DNA of 64,000 nt from Chloroflexota bacterium (lineage in GTDB: Bacteria; Chloroflexota; UBA11872). The stretch is taken from NCBI GenBank assembly GCA_028873795.1, contig JAPPNP010000051.1, positions 71,641-135,640 on the forward strand, read 5' to 3'. The position numbers and the translations under genes were made by a program. Position 1 is the first letter of the stretch. Every line of letters begins with the position of its first letter. Shown here one piece after another: positions 9,117-18,510 of the stretch. A model generated the notes under the pieces. That model ran no database searches. It was not told the origin of the DNA and saw only the letters and a list, made by a program, of their open reading frames with translations.

Positions 9117-10010
9117 ATGCAAATCATCCTGTTCACCAAGTTTTTCGAGACGCTCGAACCGCAGGCGTTGGGCGAACACGTCGCCGGTCTCGGTTACGAC
9201 GGGCTGGACCTGACGGTGCGGCCCGGCTATCCGATCAACCCGGACAACGTGCGAGAGATGCTGCCGCCGGCGGCGCGGCAGTGGGAATCGCTGGGGCTCT
9301 CATGCCCAATGATCACCATGCCGACGGACTTCAACGACCCGGCGCAGGCGGAAGCAATTGCAATCTACGAGGCGGCGGCGGAATCCGGCGTGCAGGTCAT
9401 CAAGACGGGCTACTTCATCTTCAAGCCGGGCATGGACTACTGGCAGGCGGTGGACCACGCGCGCCGGCAGCTCGAAGGATTCGAGGCGCTGAGCGCGCGC
9501 ACCGGCGTCAAGTCCCTGCACCACACGCACAGCGGCGCGGTGCTTGGGTCCAATTGCGCCGGCCTGATGCACCTGCTCCAAGGTCGCGACCCGGCTCACG
9601 TCGGCGCCTACATCGACCCGGGGCACCTGGCGGTGGACGGGGAAGACATCGACATGGCGTTCGCCATGTGCGACGAGTACCTGGCCGCCGTCGCCGCCAA
9701 GGACGCCTGTCACCTGCCGGACTCCCGGCCCAACGCCCCGGCGGCCTACGGTCCGGCTTTCGTGTACGTGGGCGAAGGCGCGGCGCCGTGGAGACGCGTG
9801 CTGGAACTGCTGGCCGAGCGGAACTTCGACGGACCGCTCACGGTGCACACGGAATACACCTCGCGCCAAGACGTGATTGCGACGGTGGGCGGCAAGGATC
9901 ATTCGGCGGACGCCGACGCCATACGCGCTCGCGGAGCGACGCAGGACCTGCAGTTTCTCAGATCGAGCTGGGCGGCGATCCAGCAAGCCAAGGAAGGGGC
10001 GGCGTCGTGA
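9117..10010 (+). CDS. Sugar phosphate isomerase/epimerase (xylose isomerase-like TIM barrel)
   Basis: AP-endonuclease-2/XylA-like TIM barrel pattern; start ATG 9117 (MQIILFTKFFE). Confidence 0.6.
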   Translation: MQIILFTKFFETLEPQALGEHVAGLGYDGLDLTVRPGYPINPDNVREMLPPAARQWESLGLSCPMITMPTDFNDPAQAEAIAIYEAAAESGVQVIKTGYFIFKPGMDYWQAVDHARRQLEGFEALSARTGVKSLHHTHSGAVLGSNCAGLMHLLQGRDPAHVGAYIDPGHLAVDGEDIDMAFAMCDEYLAAVAAKDACHLPDSRPNAPAAYGPAFVYVGEGAAPWRRVLELLAERNFDGPLTVHTEYTSRQDVIATVGGKDHSADADAIRARGATQDLQFLRSSWAAIQQAKEGAAS

Positions 10011-10732
10011 ATTCGCCCCGCGTGGCGGCGGTGTTCGGAGCGAGCAGCGGCATGGGTCGGGCGTCGGCTCTGGCGCTGGCCGCCGAGGGCATGGACGTCG
10101 CCGTGCTGGCGCGGCGCGAGGCCGAGTTGGACGTCGTGGCGGCGGAGATTCGCGAGTCTGGACGCCGCGCCCACGTGGAACCCGTGGACCTGACCGACGG
10201 CGCTGCGGCCCGCCGTTCGGTGCAGGAGGTCGTCGACAGCCTCGGCGGAATCGACGTGCTGGTGTATGCGGCCGGCTGGAACATCCCTAAGCGTCGCCTC
10301 GACGAGCTCAGCGGCGACGACTGGGAGGCCATGCAGCGCGTCAACCTGTGGGGGCTCTACGACGTGGCGCAGGCGGCGTTGCCGGCGCTGCGGGCGTCAC
10401 GCGGGCGGCTGGTGGTGATCTCGTCCGCCGCCGCGATCATGCCCGACGCGTCGGGGGTGGCCTACCAGGCCGCCAAGAGCGGCGAAGCGGGCTTCACCCT
10501 GGGCATGATGCAAGAAGAGGCGGAAAACGGCGTGCGGGCCACGGTGATCTATCCGGGTCTCACGGACACGCCGCTGCTCGAGCAACGGCCGACGCCGACG
10601 CCGCCCGAGATCGTGGCCCAGGCGCTGCAGCCCGAGGACGTGGCGCGCGCGGTGGTATTTGTGAGCACGCTGCCCGATCGGGCCTACGTGCCCGAGCTCA
10701 GCCTGCTGCCCGCCGCGGTCCAGCAGCGCTAG
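10007..10732 (+). CDS. Short-chain dehydrogenase/reductase (SDR)
   Basis: GASSGMG cofactor motif, YxxxK catalytic dyad (YQAAK); GTG start overlapping upstream stop; the 9281-10006 part of the ORF-track ORF is rejected. Confidence 0.75.
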   Translation: MNSPRVAAVFGASSGMGRASALALAAEGMDVAVLARREAELDVVAAEIRESGRRAHVEPVDLTDGAAARRSVQEVVDSLGGIDVLVYAAGWNIPKRRLDELSGDDWEAMQRVNLWGLYDVAQAALPALRASRGRLVVISSAAAIMPDASGVAYQAAKSGEAGFTLGMMQEEAENGVRATVIYPGLTDTPLLEQRPTPTPPEIVAQALQPEDVARAVVFVSTLPDRAYVPELSLLPAAVQQR

Positions 10733-10734
10733 GC

Positions 10735-10880
10735 CAATACGCCGCCGGTCGCCACCCGGTCATTCCGAGCGCCAGCGAGGAATCTAAGGAGCGCGGAGCA
10801 TGCACCAACGTCCTTAGATTCCTCACTTCGTTTCGGAATGACATGGGGGGTTGCGGAGTGACATGTGGGCTGCCGCTGAG
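10735..10880. repeat. Long imperfect hairpin repeat (GTCATTCCGAGCGCCAGCGAGGAATCTAAGGA / TCCTTAGATTCCTCACTTCGTTTCGGAATGAC) plus short direct repeats GGAATGACATGGGG / GGAGTGACATGTGGG
   Basis: About 30-bp stem inverted repeat read directly; near-identical copy at 21323-21400. Confidence 0.65.
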
Positions 10881-10895
10881 CGAAAACTCCTGTGC

Positions 10896-11987
10896 CTACC
10901 GGAACGGGTCGTAGACCAGGCCCAGGCTGCGGTCCGGCAGCGGGAGGTCGACGCGCACGTTGCCGCGGCGGTGCGACTCGTTGAGGGCGATTTCGATCTC
11001 CATCGCATTGCGCACGCGGCGCCCACTCGCCCGAGGTTCCCCGCCGTTTTCCATGCAGGTGATCAGGTCGTCAATGCCGTAGAGCACCGACCAGTTCCCG
11101 GCCAGGCGCGGCTCGGGGAACGGCACCTCGACGCGCTGCGTGCCGGAAATCGTCTCCACGTCTTGCCAGAGGCGCAGCTCTTGCCAGTCGAAGGTCAACT
11201 CGCCGGTTTCGCCGGTGATGCGCACCCACGGCGCGCCCGGACGCAGACAGACGGGTAGGCCGCTCTGCAAGCGGATGAACCCTGAGCCTTTGAATTCGCG
11301 CCCGGCCTCGACCTTGGCGTCGTCGTCCGCGACGCCGATCACCCATTCGCCGGGCGAATCGAGCAGGTAGTTCCACGAGTTGTGCTGCGCCATCACCAAA
11401 TTCGTATCCAGGCTCAGAAGATTCCCGATCGCGCCCTCGTCCAGCAACCGACGCGCGTTGGCCACCGCTGGGTGGTTCATGCTGACGGCGCCGACCACCA
11501 GCGGCACGCCGGCCGCCGCGCACACGTCGACCATGGCGTCGGCGCCCTCGAGGGTTGGCGCCATGGGCTTCTCCGTGATCACGCCCTTGGCGCCGTGCTC
11601 CACCGCCGCGCGGGTGGCTTCGGGCCTAAGGGCGGCATTCGAAGGAATACCCACGATGTCCAGGCGCTCGCGGGCGATCATCTCCCGGTAATCGTCGTAC
11701 AGGGCCACGCCCGCGTAGCGCTCACCAAACGCCTCTCGGCGCGGGTCCGAAAGTTCGCAGGCAGCTACGAGCTCCGTCGCCGGATGGAGCACGAGCGAGT
11801 CGGCAAATCCGCTCGGCAGGCCCTCCCGCCCTGGGTGCGCCGTGGGCGGCGGGTCGCGGTCCGGCCGCAGCGGCGGCATGGGCGTGTCACGCCCGGCGCG
11901 CCCGTAATTTGCCTGCTGTCGCGTCGCCACGTCGTATAGCCAGCCCATCCACCCCAAACCGATGAGCCCTGCCCGGTAGGTCGCCAT
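10896..11987 (-). CDS. Gfo/Idh/MocA family oxidoreductase
   Basis: N-terminal GLIGLGWMG Rossmann motif and family-typical length. Confidence 0.75.
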   Translation of the reverse strand: MATYRAGLIGLGWMGWLYDVATRQQANYGRAGRDTPMPPLRPDRDPPPTAHPGREGLPSGFADSLVLHPATELVAACELSDPRREAFGERYAGVALYDDYREMIARERLDIVGIPSNAALRPEATRAAVEHGAKGVITEKPMAPTLEGADAMVDVCAAAGVPLVVGAVSMNHPAVANARRLLDEGAIGNLLSLDTNLVMAQHNSWNYLLDSPGEWVIGVADDDAKVEAGREFKGSGFIRLQSGLPVCLRPGAPWVRITGETGELTFDWQELRLWQDVETISGTQRVEVPFPEPRLAGNWSVLYGIDDLITCMENGGEPRASGRRVRNAMEIEIALNESHRRGNVRVDLPLPDRSLGLVYDPFR

Positions 11988-12112
11988 TGCATTCGCTCCA
12001 CCGCCTCAACGCCGAGGATCATGGTACGCGCGGCGGCAGGCCGCGTTGCAGTCGCGGGGCGGTTCTGGTACTCACCGTGGCAACCGGTACTTCGCCGCGG
12101 AAGGGCAAGGCC

Positions 12113-14668
12113 ATGACCCAAGTGATGCAGGGCGCACAGACTCCCTCCCGACGGGCCGTTGGGCAGTGGATTTGGATCGAGGGCGAAGCCAAGCCCTACA
12201 ACTTCTACCTCTACGCCCGTGGAACGGTCGACGTGGACGGCACGCCGGCGGCCGCGAAGCTGCACGTGACGGCGTCGGACCGCTACATGCTGTATCTGAA
12301 CGGCGCGTACGTTGGCCGGGGTCCGGCCCGCAGCGATCCCCGCTTCAAGACCTACGACACCTACGACATCGCCGCCGCGCTGAAACCGGGCCGCAACGTC
12401 ATCGCGGTGCGGGCCTATCACTTCGGCCAGCCCGTGGAGGGCGAGGGCTGGAACAGCATGAGCGGCAACAGCTTCACCGTGGGCGAGCGCGCCGGGCTGT
12501 GGGCCCAAATCGAGATCACGGACGCCGACGGCGCGACGCACGTCAGCGGCACCGGCCCCGATTGGCGGCTGTTGCCCTCGCCGGCCTGGAATCGGAGAAC
12601 CCCACTGGTCAACTGCGGAATGATCGGGTCGAACGAGATCTACAACGCCGCGGCGGACATTCCCGACTGGACGGGCGTCGACTTCGACGACAGCGAGTGG
12701 ACGCGCCCGTGGCTGGTGCCGCTTGCCCAGAAGCCATGGCACCTGCTGGAGGCTCGCGACATTCCCCTGATGCGCGAAACCGATGTGCCGCCCGCCCGCG
12801 TGTCGCTGGTGGGCGAGCTGATCGACATGGCAAACGCGCGGCAAACGGACATCTACCAACTGATCCTGGAGGGACTGCACTTTCCACTGGAGCACGCGAC
12901 GGCCGAGAACGTCGATGCGCTGCTGAACGACGGTCCGGACTCGGCGCAGTTCCAGGGAGTATTCGCGCACACCAAGGGCATTCGCGCGCCCTACGTGGTC
13001 CTGGACTTCGGGCGCCAGGTGTTCGGGTTCCCGCGCGTGCGGCTGGAGGCCGAGGCCGGCGCCATCCTGGACCTGACGTATGGACAGCAGCTCATCAACG
13101 ACCGCATTCCCGGCGCGCTGTCCTATGCCGACCGGTACATCACCCGCGACGGCGACCAGAGCTGGGAAGCGGCGGAATACAAGCAGTTCCGCTATCTCTT
13201 CATCGCCGTCCGCAGCACCTACAGCCCGGTGCGCATCCGCTCGATCTCGCTCAACGAATACGCCTATCCCGCTCCGCTTCGCGGCAGCTTCGAGTGCGCC
13301 GATCCCGTGCTCACGACGCTGTGGAAGTCGTGCGTCGACACCACCGACCTGCATCTCGAGGACACGATCGTTTGCGACGCCTACCGCGAGCGGATTCCGT
13401 GGAACACCGGTGACGGCAGCCACGGCATGCACGGCGCGTTGATGGCCTACGGCGACATTGCGCTCCACGACCGGTTCCTGCGCCAATTCATCACCACCGA
13501 TCGCGGCGACGGCAGGCTGCAAATGGTGTTTCCGCGCGACAACCCGACGAACCACTGCCACCCGCAGTTTCTGCTGCAGTGGTCCACCCGCATCCGCGAG
13601 CACTACGAGTACATCGGCCGGCGCCCGCTCCTGGAGCAGACCTACCCAAGCGTGCGGCGGCTGAACGATTGGTTCGAGCCCTACCGCGACGACCTGGGCC
13701 TCCTACGCGACATTCCCGAGAATCAATGGATGGACTGGACGCCGGTTGACCTGCGGGGCGCGAACTTCAGCACCAATGCGCTTTATGTCAACTCATTGGA
13801 GGACGGCGCTTGGCTGGCCGCCCAGATGGGACGCGAGGACGATCGGGCCCGCTGGCAGGGCATTGCGGACGAGGTGCGCGCCGCGCTGCGCCAGCACTTC
13901 TGGAATCCCGACCTCGGCGTGTTCGAGGACTCCCACTACCGTGACGAACTCACCGGCGTGACCGGCGAGTTGGCGCAGGGATTCGCGCTGCTCTACGGCA
14001 TCGCCACGGATGACCAGGCGGCGCGGATGTGCGCGAGCCTGGCCGGGCGCGGAACCGAGCTGTTTCAGGCTTCGCCGCTGTGGTACCCCTACGTGCTCGA
14101 AGGCATGTTTGCGCGGGGCTTCGGGGCGGAGGCACTGCGGATCATCCACAACCGCTACGCCTGGATGATGTCGGCCCACCAAAACCCGACGCTTTGGGAG
14201 GGCTGGGACCCGTTCACCGCCGGCTCGGCAATCAAGACCGACGCGGACTTCGAGCTGCGGCACACCGCGCACAAAGTCCGACCGGCCGGCGTGCGCAGCC
14301 TGGTGCACTCCGGCGGCGTCTACGTGGGCTGGGTGCTCTCGACTCGCGTCCTCGGCGTGCGCGCCGCGGCGCCGGGCATGTCGCACCTGCGGGTGCATCC
14401 CCGCACGGGCAACCTGGCCTGGGCTCGCGGGACGTTTCCCGTTCCCGGCGGCGACGTTGAGGTCGCGTGGCGCCGCCGCGGTGGCGCGACGCGGGTGACG
14501 CTGGACCTTCCGGAGGGCCATACCGCGGACGTCGTGCTGGACCGCGCGAGCGACGCGCAGACCGTGTTCGCCCACAACGGCCAGCGGCTGGAAACGCCGG
14601 CCACCGGCGCGTCGGTCGAGGTCGCGGTTGGACCCGGCCGGCACACGGTCGAGCTGGGTCGGGGGTAG
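12113..14668 (+). CDS. Glycoside hydrolase family 78 (alpha-L-rhamnosidase-like)
   Basis: About 850 aa; N-terminal WIWIEGE...YxYARG motif, six-hairpin glycosidase-like central region; family assignment by pattern recognition only. Confidence 0.55.
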   Translation: MTQVMQGAQTPSRRAVGQWIWIEGEAKPYNFYLYARGTVDVDGTPAAAKLHVTASDRYMLYLNGAYVGRGPARSDPRFKTYDTYDIAAALKPGRNVIAVRAYHFGQPVEGEGWNSMSGNSFTVGERAGLWAQIEITDADGATHVSGTGPDWRLLPSPAWNRRTPLVNCGMIGSNEIYNAAADIPDWTGVDFDDSEWTRPWLVPLAQKPWHLLEARDIPLMRETDVPPARVSLVGELIDMANARQTDIYQLILEGLHFPLEHATAENVDALLNDGPDSAQFQGVFAHTKGIRAPYVVLDFGRQVFGFPRVRLEAEAGAILDLTYGQQLINDRIPGALSYADRYITRDGDQSWEAAEYKQFRYLFIAVRSTYSPVRIRSISLNEYAYPAPLRGSFECADPVLTTLWKSCVDTTDLHLEDTIVCDAYRERIPWNTGDGSHGMHGALMAYGDIALHDRFLRQFITTDRGDGRLQMVFPRDNPTNHCHPQFLLQWSTRIREHYEYIGRRPLLEQTYPSVRRLNDWFEPYRDDLGLLRDIPENQWMDWTPVDLRGANFSTNALYVNSLEDGAWLAAQMGREDDRARWQGIADEVRAALRQHFWNPDLGVFEDSHYRDELTGVTGELAQGFALLYGIATDDQAARMCASLAGRGTELFQASPLWYPYVLEGMFARGFGAEALRIIHNRYAWMMSAHQNPTLWEGWDPFTAGSAIKTDADFELRHTAHKVRPAGVRSLVHSGGVYVGWVLSTRVLGVRAAAPGMSHLRVHPRTGNLAWARGTFPVPGGDVEVAWRRRGGATRVTLDLPEGHTADVVLDRASDAQTVFAHNGQRLETPATGASVEVAVGPGRHTVELGRG

Positions 14669-14871
14669 CTGGGATGCGAGCGAGCGTTCAATGGACGCAC
14701 GCGCCGGCGCACGGCGAACGTCAATAGGCCACAATGGCGCCGTGATGCGGACTTTGCCGAACACTCACGGCCAGGAGCGACCGCTGACTCCACGCAGGTC
14801 GCGCTGCGGCCGCCCCGGGCAGAAGACCCCTGATCAACCTGCGAAACAGAGCCTTGAGAGTGGGCCCGGTT

Positions 14872-14894
14872 CCCTCTCCCTTCCAGGGAGAGGG
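14872..14894. promoter_or_regulatory. Hairpin CCCTCTCCC-TTCCA-GGGAGAGGG whose 3' arm is the Shine-Dalgarno of the following lipoprotein gene (GTG 14900)
   Basis: Inverted repeat read directly; GGGAGAGGG lies 5 nt upstream of the start codon. Confidence 0.35.
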
Positions 14895-14899
14895 CTAGG

Positions 14900-15535
14900 G
14901 TGAGGGTCATCCGGCGCTTGGGATTGGCAGGTCAAGGCGCTTTGAAACCACCGTCGCGGCTCATTCCGACCGCCTTGATCTTCGCAGTCGTTGCCATTGT
15001 CGCGACGGCCTGCGACATCGGCGGCGACGAACCGGCCACGCCGACTCCCGAACCCACGCCCGTCGCCACGCCCACGCCATCGGCGCCGCCCACACCGACT
15101 CCCGTCCCGACCCTCAGCCCCGACGAGGCCTATCTGGCATTCCTCCGCAGCACGGTCACCACGCTTCGCGCGATTACCCCGGAGGTCCGTGAGCTGGTGC
15201 GCTCGCCGCGCCTGGACGACGGGTTCTGGAACGTGGAGATCCGGGAAATGGCCGCAGGTCTCTCCAGCATCTTCGATCGCCTCGTCGGCAAGGATCCCCC
15301 CGACGATTGGGTGCGCTATCACCTGACGCTGGTGTCTGCGCTGGGATCGACGGCTGAGAACGTGAGTCTGATCGTGACGTCACTGGACAGTCTCGACTTT
15401 CAGACGTTTACCACGGCGCTGGGAGTGAGCGTGCAGGCGGCGGACCGCCTCGCCGAAACCCTGCAGGAATACGAGACGCTGGACCCGGGCGCCGTGCCGC
15501 CCATGCGGACGCCCGCGACGCCGTCGGACGGATGA
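14900..15535 (+). CDS. Putative lipoprotein with Pro/Thr-rich linker (unknown function)
   Basis: Signal peptide with lipobox VATAC, PTPEPTPVATPTPSAPPTPTPVPT linker. Confidence 0.5.
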   Translation: MRVIRRLGLAGQGALKPPSRLIPTALIFAVVAIVATACDIGGDEPATPTPEPTPVATPTPSAPPTPTPVPTLSPDEAYLAFLRSTVTTLRAITPEVRELVRSPRLDDGFWNVEIREMAAGLSSIFDRLVGKDPPDDWVRYHLTLVSALGSTAENVSLIVTSLDSLDFQTFTTALGVSVQAADRLAETLQEYETLDPGAVPPMRTPATPSDG

Positions 15536-15548
15536 GGCGCCGTCGGCG

Positions 15549-15944
15549 CTAGGCCCCTCGCAACTCCGGGAAATACGTGGCGTAGAACCCGCGGTCGCGA
15601 GTGAGGAAGGCGTCAGAGGAGACCACTGCGTGGGCGCCGATCAGGAAGTCGGCAATTATCCGATTCCGCGGTCCGCCGGCCGCCCGATACTGCTTCCAAC
15701 GCAATCCGGCCTCGTAGGCGATCGGCGAGTCTATTGGGGAGAGTGTCGCCCCAATCCCACGAATCGCGCGGTCCAAGGCCCTCCGGTCTCCGAATGCCGG
15801 CACCAGCTCGGCGTACACGATGTCGCAGATGACGACGGCACCCCGGTCGTAGGCTGACCGAAGTCCCTCGCGCGAATCGGCGTGGTGGGGCGAAGCGGTG
15901 TTAAACCAATCAAGTAGGACGTTTGTGTCGGCCGCGGTGATCAC
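15549..15944 (-). CDS. vapC: PIN-domain toxin (VapC-type)
   Basis: ADTNVLLDW N-terminus and PIN acidic residues; overlaps upstream antitoxin by 4 nt. Confidence 0.75.
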   Translation of the reverse strand: MITAADTNVLLDWFNTASPHHADSREGLRSAYDRGAVVICDIVYAELVPAFGDRRALDRAIRGIGATLSPIDSPIAYEAGLRWKQYRAAGGPRNRIIADFLIGAHAVVSSDAFLTRDRGFYATYFPELRGA

Positions 15945-16159
15945 CTTCCTCGAATCTCCTCAATGTATTCGTCGACATCGAGGCCGGTGCCATCCAGGAT
16001 CCCGGCGAACTGATCCACGGGATGCATGGCAGCCGTCCGCTTCTGAATCAGCAGACCGCTCTCAGTCGGACTGATTTCGACTTCGACGTTGTGATGCAGC
16101 CCGAAACGGTCACGCAAGGTTTTGGGGATCGTGATTTGTCCGCGCTCGGAGACTCGCAT
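15941..16159 (-). CDS. vapB: AbrB/MazE/SpoVT-type antitoxin
   Basis: MRVSERGQITIPKTLRDRFGL swapped-hairpin motif. Confidence 0.7.
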   Translation of the reverse strand: MRVSERGQITIPKTLRDRFGLHHNVEVEISPTESGLLIQKRTAAMHPVDQFAGILDGTGLDVDEYIEEIRGR

Positions 16160-16429
16160 GTGCTACTCAATATGAATTCCGTATACAGATGATCATACTT
16201 GGATTTTCATCAATGGTCCATCCGAGTTCAACCGAATTCACTGGCCACGACGGGGGACCGTAGCGGCGCCATCGCGCCTTCGGATCTCTCCCGCCACCTT
16301 CACCGACCCAAGCGCCGCTTAGCCGAAGCCCGCGACCTCCAGACCAAAAGGCCTAGCGAGACCTCCCAGCGGTGCAGCGCTTCGAGCCCAAACTCCGCCG
16401 TTCGTCGTCGATAGAATCGTGTACTTGGA

Positions 16430-17482
16430 GTGCTCGGATTCTGCTGTGAACCGGCGCGAAAGGCTGGTGACTTGCGTCAGATAGTGAAGCCCGTCGGTGC
16501 CACGACGGTCGCGCTCGCCAAAGTTCCGATTCCCGAGGCGGGTCCGAGACAGGTGCGCGTCCGGGCCGTGCGGAGCCTCATCAGCCGCGGCTCGGAAACC
16601 GGGCGGCTCACCATCGGCCCTGACGACGAGCGCTACTCGCCCGAGGAAGCCGCCGGACAGCCCGTGCCATTGGGATATTCCCTCGCGGGCGTCGTGGACG
16701 CGCTTGGACCCGGCGTTGCGCGCCACTGGCTCGGCCGACGCGTGGTCGCCCGCGAGCCGCATGCCGATTACGTGGTGGTAAGTCCGCCAGCCGCTCCAGA
16801 CGACCAGCCGGACGTGTTCCCGATTCCGGACGGGATGTCGTTCGAGACTTCCGCCTACTGGATCCTGGCCGCCGGCGCGGCGACGTGGGTCGAGATCGAG
16901 CGCGTGCATCCCCGGGACGCCATCGTGATTCTCGGCCAGGGACTGGTTGGAAGTCTGATGCTCCAGGTTCACAAGGCGGCCGGCAACGGTCCGGTGGTGG
17001 CGGTGGACGCCCTGGAGCTGCGCTGCGATTTGGCCGAGCGCCTGGGCGCGGACGTGGTGATCAACGCGGCCCGGGAAGACCCGGTCGAAGCGGTGCGGAG
17101 CATCACGGGCGGCGTCGGCGCGGACATCGTCATCTATGCGGTGGGCGGCAGGGACGGCGCCAACGCCTTCCTCCAGGCGCTGGACATGCTCGCGGTCGGC
17201 GGGCTGCTCCATCTCATCGGACTGTGTGAGCCAGATCCGCTGCCGCTGCCGTCCACCAAGATTCAAGGCCGGCGTCTGCTCGGCGGGTACTACGGGCGCG
17301 CCAACGACGCCTGGACGGCGAGAACGGGGATGGAATTGCTCGCGTCCGGCGCGATCAACGCCGCGGCCATGACCACGCACCGCTTTCCCGCCGACCGCGC
17401 CGGCGACGCCTTTGCCCTGCTGCAAGAACGACCGGGCGACGCCCTCGGCGTGATCCTGGAGTGGGACGCGGACTTGGCCTGA
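16430..17482 (+). CDS. Zinc-binding/quinone oxidoreductase-type dehydrogenase (MDR family)
   Basis: GQGLVGSLMLQ cofactor-binding motif, MDR architecture; true start uncertain (may be internal GTG). Confidence 0.6.
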   Translation: MLGFCCEPARKAGDLRQIVKPVGATTVALAKVPIPEAGPRQVRVRAVRSLISRGSETGRLTIGPDDERYSPEEAAGQPVPLGYSLAGVVDALGPGVARHWLGRRVVAREPHADYVVVSPPAAPDDQPDVFPIPDGMSFETSAYWILAAGAATWVEIERVHPRDAIVILGQGLVGSLMLQVHKAAGNGPVVAVDALELRCDLAERLGADVVINAAREDPVEAVRSITGGVGADIVIYAVGGRDGANAFLQALDMLAVGGLLHLIGLCEPDPLPLPSTKIQGRRLLGGYYGRANDAWTARTGMELLASGAINAAAMTTHRFPADRAGDAFALLQERPGDALGVILEWDADLA

Positions 17483-17489
17483 GCGCCGC

Positions 17490-18401
17490 TCAACCGAAGC
17501 CGGTGACCTCCACGCCGAAGACCGCTTCAATCAACGCCCGATATTCCTTGTTGATGGTCCAGAGGCCGGCTTCCGACGCTTGTTCCGAGGTCGTTTGGGT
17601 GTAGTCGTATCGCGGCGAATCGGACAGGCTGTAGTTGATGAACCCGTTCACCTCTCGGGAATCGAAGAACAATTCGCGGCAGCGCGCCGCGCGCTCGTCC
17701 CAGGTTGCCTGATAGCTCACGTCCCGCTTCACGTCGTCGGGCTGATTCGCCATGATCGAGGGGTCGTTCATCAGGTCCCATGCCGAGGCGAATCCGCCGT
17801 CGGCCTTGCGGAAATAGACCCCCATCCGAGGATCGACGTAGGCCCATTCGCCGACGAACACCTCCGCCGTCACGTGCCCGCCGATCACGTGGTACAGGAT
17901 TCGACCCGGAATGCCCGCGACTTCGCAGAGCGGCACGTAAAGCCGCGAGAGTCCCTCACAGAGCCACTCACCCTTGGCAATCAGCTCCTCCTCGGTGCCG
18001 CCGTAGATGTAGTCGTCGTGCGAAGGCTCACGGCCGGCCTCCCGGTGCACGTCGCGACAGAAGCGCATGAGCGCCAGCGCCTTGTCCGCCGGCGATTCGG
18101 CCTGACTCGTGGCACGGCCCACGACGCACTCCAACCCGGGGCGCGACCCGGCGACGTACGAGGTGCGTTCGGGCGTATAGGAGCGATAGAGGAAATCCGC
18201 AGTCTGCGGGCAGAGCAGCACGAGCTCGCGGCGCAGCTGAAAGTCGACGGTCCCGGAGTAGTTCACGTCTAGCTGGTTGTAGTTGACGATGTAGGCGGCG
18301 CGCCGCCGCTCGCCCACGATCCGCTCGGCGGCCGCCAGCCCGGTGTAGTGGCGCAGGTCGTCCAGCGACTCGACAGGCGGACCGGCAAACATCTCGTCCA
18401 T
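17490..18401 (-). CDS. Transglutaminase-like (Cys-His-Asp) domain protein
   Basis: GEWLCEGLSRLYVPLCEVAGIP Cys motif followed by HV...D; start trimmed to MDEMF. Confidence 0.5.
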   Translation of the reverse strand: MDEMFAGPPVESLDDLRHYTGLAAAERIVGERRRAAYIVNYNQLDVNYSGTVDFQLRRELVLLCPQTADFLYRSYTPERTSYVAGSRPGLECVVGRATSQAESPADKALALMRFCRDVHREAGREPSHDDYIYGGTEEELIAKGEWLCEGLSRLYVPLCEVAGIPGRILYHVIGGHVTAEVFVGEWAYVDPRMGVYFRKADGGFASAWDLMNDPSIMANQPDDVKRDVSYQATWDERAARCRELFFDSREVNGFINYSLSDSPRYDYTQTTSEQASEAGLWTINKEYRALIEAVFGVEVTGFG

Positions 18402-18510
18402 CCGACCGCCCCTCGTCACTGTCTGTCGACCGATATCGCAGGATAGTCGGAACGGCGTCGCCGCCGGCGGCTGAGGCGCCCGCTCGCGGGTACCATCGCC
18501 AGCCAACCGG

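Noticed and set aside
9281-10006. N-terminal 240 codons of the 483-aa ORF (Gly/Arg-rich translation)
   Set aside because: Lies entirely inside the sugar-isomerase gene (9117-10010) in another frame and is low-complexity. Only the SDR part from GTG 10007 is credible.
11765-13603. 612-aa minus-strand ORF and several other long antisense ORFs (e.g. 16319-17530, 18639-19760, 4714-6006, 21479-22456, 23493-24866)
   Set aside because: Typical high-GC antisense open frames. Translations are Arg/Ala/Gly/Pro-rich without motifs, and they overlap well-supported genes on the other strand.
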